The position numbers were made by a program, and so were the translations under genes. A stretch of 64,000 nt of DNA, from NCBI GenBank assembly GCA_051530055.1, contig CM121342.1, forward strand, positions 8,509,480-8,573,479, in the 5' to 3' direction. Below the pieces are notes generated by a model, which saw nothing but the letters and a program-made list of their open reading frames with translations, had not been told where the DNA came from and searched no databases. Shown piece after piece: positions 33,512 to 45,326 of this stretch. Every line of letters begins with the position of its first letter. The stretch's first letter is position 1. This stretch comes from Neoechinorhynchus agilis (lineage: Eukaryota; Animalia; Acanthocephala).

Positions 33512-36500
33512 ATGAAATCTTCACGCTACGATTTTGTCTCGACAGAAACGACTGCTTCAATGCCGCCTTTGCTCACTGCAATGTTATTGCAGCTATTGAC
33601 AGCATTGGGAATTGCTGTATTTCTTGCACTTGTCCTCTCAGCTTTCGGATTAACGCTCGGGATCAATAGGGCGTTGGCTTACGGTCTTTTAAGACTTTTC
33701 AATAGTTTAGCCAGGAGTGGTCTTCTTAGAGATGATCACATACCGACGGAATCCGATGACGACGACGAAATCAATGATCGGGCAACAAAACGAATGGAAC
33801 TAAATGGCCACCTCAATGAAGATATCCCATTTGAGTTTGACTCGATCATTGCAGCGGTCATGAAAGGTCTAGAGGCCGTCATAAATGACCGGGTGACCGC
33901 TAGTTTCGAAAGTGTTGATCAAGTGACTGTATGGAACCTTCTGGCACGAAACCAACAGTTCGTAAGATTCCCTTCTTACCGTCTTAGGGCATTCTACATC
34001 GCTGGAATCTTTATCCGCTACTGTCTTTTACTTCCTTTCCGGCTTGTACTTTTCAATGCCGTTATGACTTGGCTAGCCACAAGCGTACTTATTATGAAAG
34101 TTGCAAGACGAATCCTTTGTGATGCTACCTGCGAATGGCTCAGTGAATTCCTGAGTATCGGTTTGTTCCGTCTAATGGCCAGGGTATTCAGCGCTATTGT
34201 TGTCGATCATGGTAATCCTCATGTTAATCCAAACTCGGTTTGTGTACATCTTATCCTAATGAACCATGCGATTTTTTTCTCTCTGAAATGCTTTTTATTG
34301 TTCAATTTTGGAACTAAACGAAAAAGTTTGATTTTTTTCTAAGAACATTCGACGGTTGGAAAGAGGAACTTTGATGAACAAAAAATTAGTTTCAATTGTT
34401 TAGCTGTTTTATAAAACTTATATTTTTTATTGGTTTTTTCTAGGGACATTCGACGGTTGGAAAGAGGAACTTTGAAGAAGAAAAAATTAGTTTCGATTTT
34501 TAGCTGTTTTATAAAACTTATATTTTTTATTGGTTTTTTCTAAGAACATTCGACGGTTGGAAAGAGGAACTTTGATGAAGAAAAAATTAGTTTCAATTGT
34601 TTAGCTGTTTTATAAAACTTATATTTTTTATTGATTTTTTCTAAGAACATTCGATGGTTGGAAAGGGGAACTTTGATGAACAAAAAATTAGTTTTGATTT
34701 TATTCTTTATTGATTTTTTGAAGAAAATTCGACGGTCGGGAAGAGGAACTTTGAAGAAAAAAAATTAGTTTTTATTTTTTAGCTGTCTTATTAACTTTTT
34801 TATACAAAACGTTTTTAACTTCGATAATTTTATTAACATTCACCGGTTACACACACAACAACAAAACGTTTAAACAATCACCATCGTCCACGAAGAAGAG
34901 ACATCGCTCTCCCCTTAATGGTCGCGACCACACTCGCTGCGTTTACTCTTTGGATCGCGAGACTAATGTTTTGGCGTACGAAGGCACCAGCTCTTGTATT
35001 CCCTGTCTTGGCCTCGAGTCTACTCGATAACTCCTTCGTAAATCCAGGTGCCGAGCTACCGAGCGCACCAAGAGTCTCCACTCCGAAGGATACAAAAACA
35101 TGCGACCTATTTAATTCTCTATATTTCGCCACTTTTTGGTCCACTTGTGAAAATTAAAAAATCAATCATGTCTTTGAACGAAAAAGTTTGAAAATTAGCT
35201 TTTATTTTTAGCTGTTTTATTAACTTATATTCTTTATTGATCTTTTTGAAGAACATTCGACAATTGAAAAATCACTCATGTCTTTAAATGTAGAATTTTG
35301 AATTGCTTTTAAGAAATGCAAGAAAATAACGTCTGAACATTCAAGGGTTGGAAAATCACTGATTTATTTGAACGAAAAAGTTTGGATTGTTTTTTATAAT
35401 TTATAACTTTTGATCATAAGTCCATTAGACCAATTAAACTTCTGTGAAACTTTAAAAAACCGATTTCTTAAGTGTTAGATTTATAACGAATTTAAAAATC
35501 GCTTCCAAATACTCGCCAAGTTAGAAAAACGTTATTTTCAAAATAGGGGGAAATCTTTTTCAGAACTTTCCACTTACCAAATCTATACTTTCCCACAAGG
35601 TTTCCATTCGATTCTTTTCGAATTGAATATTCTTCATTGACAAATCAGCCGTAGCGCTAAAAAGCAACTTTCGCTTAAACATTCTGCGTTTCGCCTTCGG
35701 ACTACACAAACGTTGAGGCTCGAATGGTTTCGTTGTTAGCTGCTCTAAACAGAATAAGTCCATCGATGGATATATTTTTCATGACTGTCGACAAAATTTC
35801 CCATTTTTTCTCTAAAACGACCAAAAAGCAGTTTATTCATTGGATCTTCGTTTTTAAAGATTTCAGTTGAGATCGTTGGAGTCGCCTTTAAAATTTGTGT
35901 TTTTTTATTGAAAAATTCAGCTTCATGGTGTTCATTTGGGTAATTTAGCCAATCACACAACTCCAATTGACGCCATTTTCCTTGGAACATGCAACACGTT
36001 TGCCCTGATTGGTCAGCGACAAGGAGGTCTCTTCGGATTCGTTCAACGAATGCTGTCCTTGATGAACGATCAACACATTTGGTTCGATAGGTCTAGTGAA
36101 AATGACCGTCAACGAGTGATTGAATCGATGAGGTCACATGTTTGCGATAGACCTCAAGGAACAGCTTGTCCTCTCCTTTTGTTTCCCGAAGGAACCTGTA
36201 TAAACAATACCACCGTAATGATGTTCAAAAAGGGAGCGTTTGAACTCGGTTGTCCCGTGTATCCAATTGCTATCAAGTACGATATGCGCTTAGGAGATGC
36301 TTTTTGGAACAGCACTCGGACATCATTCGCTCGATATGTTTTAATGTTAATGACTAGCTGGGCTATCTACGTCGATATCTATCATCTTGATCCGCTGGAA
36401 CGAGAACCAACTGAAACTTCAGCTCAATTTGCAGCACGTGTCAAAAAGGCCATTGCTCTCAAAGGTGGATTCTTTGATTTAGAATGGGATGGAAATCTAA

Positions 36501-36622
36501 AGAGATCGAGGCCAAGTCCAACTTATAAGCAACAGCAACAACTTATGTACAGCAACAAAATTATAAGTAGAACTGCAAGTTGCGCCAATTTATCTTATGC
36601 CAATGGAGTTGCAATACGATGA
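33512..36622 (+). CDS. Glycerol-3-phosphate acyltransferase 3/4 (AGPAT9/AGPAT6 family), 2 exons (preferred 33512-34246 and 35948-36622)
   Basis: F..E...WNLL.R, GIFIRYCLLLPFR, CVANHTTPID (HxxxxD motif), IWFDRS, LLLFPEGTCINNT.VMMFKKGAFE, PIAIKY....GDAFWNS, LEWDGNLKR. The start codon may be the ATG at 33560. Confidence 0.94.
34340..34800. repeat. Tandem repeat, ~110-bp unit, 4-5 copies, inside the GPAT intron; degenerate continuation 35150-35350
   Basis: GAACATTCGACGGTTGGAAAGAGGAACTTTGA.GAA.AAAAAATTAGTTT recurs about every 100-110 nt. Confidence 0.9.
34878..35144 (-). mobile_element. 5-prime-truncated CRE/RLE-type non-LTR retrotransposon fragment (restriction-like endonuclease C-terminus)
   Basis: FVSFGVETLGALG...F.KEL..RL...TG..RA..FVRQNISLAIQRVNAASV matches the RLE tail consensus F.PFAVETLG.WG..A..F...L..RL......R...FL.QRIS.AIQRGNA. 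Confidence 0.82.
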
Positions 36623-37625
36623 TGATGATGTTGATAAATGTGGCAGAAAAGTACAAACTGTTTTTATAAAGAGAATCAATTTGAAGCGAATGGGTTAATA
36701 CGATCGACCCTAACCTTTTATGTTACTTAGAATTGCTTTTTTTAGAAGAAGAATTTGAGTTCTCAATTTTATTGTCCACCAGTCGAATGCAAAGATTTTC
36801 TCGTATTAAAAACGGTAATGAGAAGCACCTTAAATTTAACAAAACATATACTTTGTCTTATAAAAATATACTTATAAAAACTTGCTATAAAGCAGTGCAA
36901 TTGAAACCAGTCTGAATACGTTTCTTTGCAAGGGTGCTTCGCTTTTATATAGATATCACCCATTCGTCGCTGTATGTCATCCGTTACTCAGTCAAAAGAT
37001 ACCATGTTAAAGCATTCATTCACATTTCTAAGAGCTATTCGATTCTGTCTTCTATTTTGTCTTAGATGTCGTCTTCATTCGTAACCTTGGATTCAACGAT
37101 TCGTCTATGTTGTGAATAAAACACTCAAACAATTGCTGAACTTTAGCCGTCAGATGGTAAAAGCTCGAAAATAAAGAGTTTCTTTTTTAAAATTATAACA
37201 ATCAAAAAGTGTTCCAATATTCCACGCTGCGTTGCAACGTTACCTCTTCCATAACGCGTCGCCTAATTCCGGTTATTTGGAAAGTCAAAAATGAGAATCC
37301 TCAAGCTAATTTGGGATTATCTGACACTACAAAAATCCGAAATTGGCCTACTGATCCAGCTCGTAAATATGGTCCATGTCTGCGAATGCATTTCGTTTAA
37401 AATTTCCATGCGATAGAACATTGGTGAAAACATTTGTTGTGACCACGCTCTCAATAATGAACTTCTCAAAAAGATCTATAAGAGAAACTACGACCGTACG
37501 TAGATCAGTTTGTTGGATTGTCGATTGACTCGAGTAAAAATCCGAAATATCGGCCCAAAACAAACATTCGGTTTCAACGGCGTATAGTGCTTAAACAGGG
37601 ACAATCGAAAAATCGTACGTAGACC

Positions 37626-38482
37626 TGTGGCTACGACTTCTTTCGGATGTCTGACGTGCAACAGAAGGATGTTTGTGTTGGTGAATAGTAAGGAGGTACA
37701 TCACATATTCAATCATCGCAGAAGAAAGACTTGCTCTTTAGTACGCATCGCCGATCGAAGTATGCCGCCAAAGACCTGCCTTGGGCCCTCTTGGAGCTCC
37801 GAACCTTGCCCAAAAAAGATCTGGGTTATCCCCGTCCGAAATATTCTACGGATTGACACTGCAACTACTTGGGGAATTCACCCAGGATGCGGCATCGGAG
37901 ATACCCAGCCTTCGTCTGACCCTACTAAGAGACAAACTGATGGACTTGATGCCCATGCCTCCCAGATGGACAACGGATCCCAACAGGAACACCCCGACCA
38001 GAGTGCCTGCTCCCCTAGACAACGCCAAGTTCGTGTTTATCAGCGTCGACGCGATCAAGCCCCGCTCTCCTATCAGTACTATGGTCCGTATAGGGTTCTG
38101 CAGACCTGGGCCAAGACGTTCAAAATCGCTGCCAATGGGAAATAAGATCACGTCTTGGTGGACCGATTAAAGAAAGCTCACTTAATCACGCAAACCAATG
38201 AGCATGTTCCGGTACCCCAAATCACTGCCCCAGCGCTGTCCTCGGTGTCTCCTCCCAAGAACCAGACGACTCGCTCCGGCCGTCTAGTCAAAATACCAAC
38301 ACATTTTCAAGACGCAATGTGATCAGTGCGGCGATACTGGAAGGGAGGTATGTGGTTACGACTTCTCTCGGATGCCTGATGTGCAACAGAAAGAAGTTTG
38401 TTGGTGAATAGTAAGGAGGTGCGAGATATATTCGATCATCGCAGAAGCAAGAAACACTTGATCTTTAGTACGCATCGCCGCA
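37626..38482 (+). mobile_element. Internally deleted Gypsy-type LTR retrotransposon (two ~130-bp LTRs flanking an integrase C-terminus)
   Basis: TGTGG.TACGACTTCT...TTTAGTACGCATCGCCG is repeated at 37626-37753 and 38351-38482. A polypurine tract ACTGGAAGGGAGGTA precedes the 3-prime LTR. Frameshifted peptides LPWALLELRT, SPSEIFYG...LLGEF, GPYRVL and VDRLKKA are present. Confidence 0.85.
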
Positions 38483-38689
38483 AAAATGTATCAGTTTTAT
38501 CATTTATTTGCTGTGTTTCCGTCATCATAGATGGTGACATTAAACTTTTTGATGTCTATGATGGAGGCAGATCTCTCAATTTGAAGACTCGATTTGGTCA
38601 ACTTATTGTTCTCGCTCAGTCGTTCGTCACTTTCAAATTGAACGCATTTTATCGAACAAAGTTTTAGGCATCGCTGTCGGCCTTCATTT

Positions 38690-40990
38690 AAGTGTTCTAG
38701 ACCGTTCGATTTCTCAATAATTCGGATTCCCACATTTTCCTGTAGTTTTTGGAACAAACAAGACGTTTATGATTTTCTGCGCTAATTAGGTTATATTCTC
38801 CATTATCGTTCATACCTTCCTTCTTTTCGCGGAACCCAGAATTTTCTACCCCACAACTTAGTTCAATCCAAGTTGGAGTGATATGTGGTAGAAATTGTGG
38901 TGATAGAATTGAGAGGTGTTTTGTTTGCTTTATGAAAATAGCATCAAGGCATTCGGTGAGAGTGGGAAAGTCAGCTGTGCAAATTTTAGATGCTCTTTTG
39001 TGAAGAATTTCAAGACGGCGGATTAGTGATTTGGAAAGGTTGCAAAATACGGGGTAACCGTAGTTGAGGGATGGTAAGATAAAGCAGAAGTAAAATTTGT
39101 AGGGGTCGGGTGAAGGGATTCCTAAATATAGGATGCGTCTGAGGAGATAAATTTTAAAAGTGTTGTGCTTGAGGGAGAGAGTGATGCGCGAGTCCCATTT
39201 CAAATTCGATTGAAATTTGATACCCAGAATTCTTAGGGAGGTGACTCGTAGAATGTAATTTAGAAGCTCAGGGGATGTTGTGGGGTTGCGGGAGAGAGAT
39301 GGGATCATTTCGAAGCATTTAGAGAAATTGAGATGGAGTTTGTGATTGGTTCAGAAATCTTTTATGTGTGTGATTTCTTTAGAGGTAAAAGAAAGGGAGA
39401 GGTGGGGTGGTTAATGAGTGATGAGGGTGATATCGCCGGCGTATAAGAAGAGTTTAGAGTGAGAGGAGAGAGGTTTGTGTTGTTTAGAAAAATATTAAAG
39501 AGAAGTGGTGACAGCACAGCACCTTGAGGTACGCCTTTGGTGAGGGATAGGCTGGTAGATCGAGCCAGCGGATCTGTCACAAGTTGATACCAAAATCGGA
39601 GAAGGTCCGGAGAGGGAGTGAATGGTCCACTGAGTCGAAAGCTTTAGATAAATCAAGTTGAATGAGACGGGTGACGTGAGAGGTATTATTGTCGAGGTTA
39701 CGTAGAAGCGTGTCGTAAATGCAAAGTAGGGCACCGGTCGCATAAAATCTGGGTCGGAAGCCAAATTGTAGGGGCGATAACTTTTCGTGAAATGAAAGAA
39801 GGCGAGATTTAAAACATTTTTCTTTGGTTTTTGAAAGAGCGGGTAGAATGGAAATTGGACGGAATGATTCGACCGAAATAAGATGCCTTTTTTTGGAACG
39901 AGTGTAACTTTGGCAGTTTTCAGGCAAGAGGGGTAGATGCCATATAAAAGCTGAGGTTTATAATGTGGATAAGAGGGTCGATGAGTTCGGAGATGATGTT
40001 GCGAATAGCCCAGTTTTGGATTTTGGATTGAGAGGATGAATTTCGAGATAATATCATGAGATGTTGTAGTACTTCATATGATGAAACTAAGGGGAGTATC
40101 GGCGAATTGACAAAAGTTTCAGAAGTGGGTGTGAAAGATAATGTGGTGTCTGATGTTGAGCAATAATTGTAAATTGATTCAGGGCAGAAGTTCTGATTAA
40201 TGGAATCCAGAGCCTGTTTTAATTCAATGGAGGACAAATTAGGGAAGGGATCCGGGTGGCGCAGACCAAGGGAATCCCTGCTACCTGATCAAATTTTAAA
40301 GGAAAGGAAGTTTTTGTGGGCGATAAGTATTTTGTTAGTAAGTGTTTTTTGTAAACGGGAGAGTCTGGGAATTATTGCGACGGGACTAAGAAGCTTGCCC
40401 TAGAAGAAGTTTCAAGATGGGAATTATCCGTGGTCAGTCGCGGTTGAAGATCCTAATGAATTTCTTGGGAATTGCTGAAGCTAGGGAATTTTTTATGATT
40501 GAGGTTAGGGAGGACATGGCCAGGGAAGGGTCATTTGTGTTGTCAGAGTGGGATGTGCGGATGTTAGAGTTGAATAATTTTATAAGTTTGAAATCAAAAC
40601 GTAAACACTTAATCGAGTCTCTAATTAAAAGGAAATCAAAGTTTTAGCGCATAATTTACTCGAATTATTTTCCTTTGCAGGTACATAGCCAACCGATATA
40701 TTGGATCAGGAAAGAAGTAATTGAATAACTTGATACTCTGAACCATACGGTTTAGAGTTTGTACGCATTCCTCCGGATTCTCAGATGACTCATCAGTGAG
40801 TTTCCTCCCTTCGGCGGTATTTCGTCCCCTTTGGCTGTGAGTCATAGGCGATCGTTGAATTTGAACATTTTGACTTGAAACAGGGATTGAGGGCTCAAGT
40901 CCACTAGAAGAACTCGGCACAAATACGGACTGTACAAACTCAGCCAGTTATAAAACCTTGGGTCTAAGTGATTCAGTCACTTTCCTGATC
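38690..40990 (-). mobile_element. Degenerate APE-type LINE (CR1/L2-like) reverse transcriptase copy 1
   Basis: Frameshifted RT motifs FRPISILPALSK, LQFGFRP, LIQLDLSKAFDSVDH, GVPQGAVLSPLLFNIF, LYAGD and RILGIKFQSNLKW. Segment 40640-40990 is homologous to 59390-59650. Confidence 0.88.
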
Positions 40991-41346
40991 AAAGATATCG
41001 GTTGGCTGTGTTCCTAAAAAGGAAAATAAGCCGAGCAAAAATAAAAAATCAATGTTGAAAGATGGTTGGTCTCAACAACAAGGGTTGCAATCAGCCATTT
41101 TTTTATGAGAGAATCAGTGACTCAGAGGGAATGCTGCATACCCGAGGAGGCTTCGCCGTTCCCGTGGTAACTTTTGAACGAGACTAAGAATTTATTTGTG
41201 TTATAAAAAAGGGAAACTACATAAACTTTGGATATAACGAAAATTTTAAAATGTTTTTAAACCTTTGTACAAGTTCTCTTTTGCATGTATTAAAATCATT
41301 TGTAGATAAAAACTTTAAAAAAGTTAAGATCGTTAATCCGCCAGCA

Positions 41347-43348
41347 TTAAGACCACATTTCTTCGATGATCTCACCAACATTCTTAGTGAATTTCTCGAA
41401 AGCAAATTCGCGTTCAACTCTGTTCCTTGCCGCCTGCCCCATTCTTCTACACAGATCCCAATCATCGGCTAGTTTGCCCATATAAAACGCAAATGACTCT
41501 GGCGTGTGTTCCTCACACAAATATCCAGTCTCCTCGTGCTTTATGCTTTCCAACGGTCCACCTGAAGCCATGGCCACCACCGGCTTCCAATGAGCCATCG
41601 CTTCCAATGGCACAATACCAAAGTGTTCCCTGTCAGGTGTGTACACCACGGCGGTGCATGTATTGGTTAGAAGCTCTTCGCGTCTTTCATCACTGATGGA
41701 AGTCTCAAAATGGATACAGTCGGAAGCTAAGGATTGTAATTGAGAGAGACATCGCCGGTTATCCTCTAGACGTTCATCATAGCCTCCTGCGACGGTTAAC
41801 TCAACCTTTCCCGATCGGCTTTCATTCACAAGTAGAACTGCCTTGACGGCAATGTCGTGTCTCTTTTTTAGTTCAAATCGATTAAACGACAAGAAATGCG
41901 TTCTTCGCTTAATCGGAGGAGATTGCAAGTCTTTAGATTCAGGCAGTCGCACGCATGGGTACAAGACTTTTATATCTGCTTGTCTGACTCCTTTAAAGAG
42001 ATCGCTCACTACGTTTTGAGTAAATGAACTATTCACAAGAATTTTATCCGCCAGGCAGGTACTTGTTTCTTCTAATTTGTTTATCGGATATCTATAGAGT
42101 CGCTTTATGAATCCTTGCTTTCCTGAAACCAACAACTGATCCGGATAGTGACAATAAAACAGGATTTTAATAACAATTGCGTTAATAGTACTTTGGGTTT
42201 AATCATTCTTAAAACGAGGGGGAGGAAAATGCCACAATTAAAATCCAACTTAAAAAAACATCTGAAAATAATTTGGTGAAATATCAAATTGTTCGTGACT
42301 AAGAAATGCAAAAATACAAGGGATAATCTTACGTCCAGTTAGTAATTAATTTTAGAAGATATCAGAATTTGTCAAACAATACTACTACAAATTTTAGAGA
42401 CTCACATTTCTTTTTAATCTAAATTTAAAAATACATTATAGTAAAAAAGGGCAATTTTCTCCATAACTCAAAAGTCCTTTCAATCACTTTAGAACGAAGA
42501 ATGATTTTTATTTCAGAGAATCACATTTCTTTTTAAATTTTAAGAACCTTTAAATTCAAAGAGCAATTTTCTCCATAAATAAAAAAAGATCTTTTAGATT
42601 ACTTTGAAAAGAACTGGGATTTGTATTTTAGAGACTCGTATTTATGTTAAAAAATTAAAATTTAAAAACACAAAATCAATTCCGACGAACAATAGAAAGG
42701 TAATTTTTATTTAAATAAAAGTGGATTTTTGTCTTTTAATGCAAAAAATGAGTTATATTTAGTTTCTAATTAGACGGACACGCTGATTGGTGGTAGACTG
42801 AAAAGAAAATGAGGAAGATCTAATGCCTAATTTTGCAGAGAAAGCCCATGTTATTTTTTTATAAATAAACCCAATGACACTATTGATGCAGTTGCCTAGA
42901 ACGAATTCGTTCGTTTTCCCCCAGAAACCCCCATCAAACGAATCCGTTCATTTAGCGTTGGAAAACAATCTAAGAACTGGAATAACTGCACTGATCTTTA
43001 AAAAATCAAGATCATATTTTGCTAGAATCAAAATTAGCATACCTGATCCAGTACAATTAATTCGTAATGTTGTCGTTCAATAAAACACACGTACATTGCA
43101 GTTAGGAACATTTTAAGGTATGCACACAATGCATGAAATTTGTTTAAGATCGATCGTGGAAGCCATTGAGCGATTGTTATTATTTCAAATTGATCGCATG
43201 ATTCTTTAAAGCACCTCGACGGATCGAAGTGGTTTGTGTAGATATGGACGCCATGCCCGTTTAAGCGGAGAGCCAAAGCCATGTCAAGAATGAGGCGTTC
43301 AGCTCCACCGATACCAAGGTCAGGATGTAATATTGCGCAGTTCAACAT
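41347..43348 (-). CDS. ALG2: Alpha-1,3/1,6-mannosyltransferase ALG2 (exons ~43348-43043, 42248-42194, 42167-41347)
   Basis: ILHPDLGIGGAERLILD, YTNHFDPSRCF, LFYCHYPDQLL, SFNRFELKK, AGGYDERL, EHFGIVPLEAM, GGPLESI. Intron 1 is GT-AG, but the coding frame breaks near 42168-42193 with no GT-AG solution. Confidence 0.93.
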
Positions 43349-43479
43349 TCTTAAATTAAGTTCAAACGAAGTAAACACTTTTAAATGATACAATGCACAA
43401 GTTCGTTCATTTAATGAAAACTACGAGGCTTTACTTAGGTAAGATTGGATTTTATCTTCTCTTTTGTTACCTTCAAAAC

Positions 43480-43810
43480 ATAAGAACTCTTGGCTTTCGA
43501 GGAGATTCTCTAATTAGTCTTTGTGAGGTTGAAAGGGTGACCATAAGTTCCAAAAGGTAAGATATGGATGTTGGGTATACTTTAAGATATTTTGATGGGA
43601 GGCCCGAAGTAGTGAATGGTCCACGGAGTCGAATGGCTTCGACAAATCCAGTTGAATGAGACGGGGGACGTGGGAGGGATTTTTGTCGATGCAAAATTTC
43701 GTTCATTTAATGAACACAACGAGGCTTAATACCTTTTTACGCTACCATAATATTTTGAATCAGTTTAAACTTTCTGAGCTGAGAAAAAGAATGATTGTAT
43801 TAAAAACTTA
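43480..43810 (-). mobile_element. Short LINE RT fragment plus shared insert, near-identical to 56420-56610
   Basis: GTAGTGAATGGTCCACGGAGTCGAATGGCTTCGACAAATCCAGTTGAATGAGACGGG and the following non-RT TTTCGTTCATTTAATGAACACAACGAGG...CTGAGAAAAAGAAT occur in both places. Confidence 0.8.
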
Positions 43811-45326
43811 AAAGTTCAACGGAAAGCACATAAACTTGTAAGTGCAAAGAAATATTAACAAAGATCTTTGAACAATATAAAAATAACAGTTTAAAAAACT
43901 GGAGTCCAGGATGGAAACGAAAATCTCTCTTGAAACCAAAGAAATCATTGTTTGCTTTGTCGAATTTCAAAATGATCTACAAATACATAAGGTTTTAGGA
44001 AAAATTGTATTTTCATAAGTGTTCGGAACATTTAAGAAGAGAAAAACAATGGAAATTGTAGTTTACCTTTGAATGCGGTCAATTCTAAAATATTATATTT
44101 AGGAATCTTTTTTAAAGTGAAATACTCGCAACGATACGAAAAAGGCATTAGAAATTTCAGGACTCAAAATACTTTGATTTTATGGCATAAGCACAGGAAT
44201 CCCGGAAATCATAAAATCACCACAAAAATGGACGCTGTAAGTTTCAATTTTCTCTAAAAAGGATAGTCCAAATAATTTTTCTATATTTCGATAGCGATTG
44301 ATCGTCTTTGTAGGCGACTTTTAGCGGAGGCGATTTATTTAAAAAAATAAAACATTGAGGGTTAAAAATAAAGCACATTTTTTTACCTTAAAAAGCAAAA
44401 AAACACGGAAATATCGAAAATTTTATTTTTATAGTCAAAAAGTTCGAAATTTGCACAGAATTGTTTCGAACGATCTACAAAAACGGATATTAGTTTACTA
44501 GAATTATATTTTAAATAAGTAGCTACTCCCACGAGCGTTTTGGAACAAAAATATTTTCGTATTTATCGAGAAATAATCCTTGGGGTATGATAGAGAGCTT
44601 TTGTTGTTCGCGAAATATTTTATAGAAATACAATCATGCAGAACAACTTATCACCTTTTACGGATTTAAATTCACTGATTTATTACCGATATTTAACATT
44701 GGAAAATACCGACATTTTCTCACAGTTTTATTTACATCTAAAACACAAACATCAAAATATGAGAAAGGAAGCATCAGTTTGAAATTGTTATTGAAAAAAA
44801 CAGTGGGGCAAAGAGACCAGAAAAGGGGAAACCTCTTTAAATGACTGGACCTGTAATGAAATTTTTTCTAATCTAAATTCCGGATCTCTTAGAGATTTCC
44901 AGAAAAACAGCATTTTCAAGCGACAACTAATAACAAATTTGAGGAGGTTTCCTTTTTCGAAATATCGCTTCACAAAGCGAAAAAACACTACAACTATTTT
45001 TTATCGTCTGCGAAATTTAAAATTTACTCTGTAGATCGCAACAAAATCAAAAGCCCTTTTATAGTTTATTCGAACGCTCGGAAGATATAGAGAATAAGCA
45101 ACAATCTTTTCTTCCATATTTTAGCTTCGACTCTAATTTCTCATAAAATGAATCATAAATTTGATGGGATGCTCAAGTGTCTGAATTTCTATTTTTTTGT
45201 TGTTACTTTGATCGGTTTCAATCTTCTCAACTATTAGTTCCATCTTGAGAATTCCATAAAAAAAATTCGTTTTGTACTTTAAATGTTCCTAAAACATTCG
45301 AAGAAAATTGATATATGAAAAGGTAA

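Larger units (their letters stand above)
34247..35947 (+). other. Structured non-canonical intron candidate (1701 nt) in GPAT
   Basis: Left arm TTATCCTAATGAACCATG (34251-34268) pairs with right arm CATGGTGTTCATTTGGGTAA (35924-35943). The element ends t-TTA|G, and TA is repeated at both junctions. Removal yields S-V-C-V-A-N-H, matching the family I-C-V-A-N-H. Confidence 0.8.

Noticed and set aside
42168-42193. XBP1/IRE1-type 26-nt intron
   Set aside because: The length matches, but the CNG|CNG loop motifs and paired hairpins are absent.
42249-43042. ALG2 intron 1 as a structured intron
   Set aside because: Terminal pairing is weak (many G-U pairs and mismatches), there is no phase-compatible TTA end, and a GTATGC...TTAAG solution exists.
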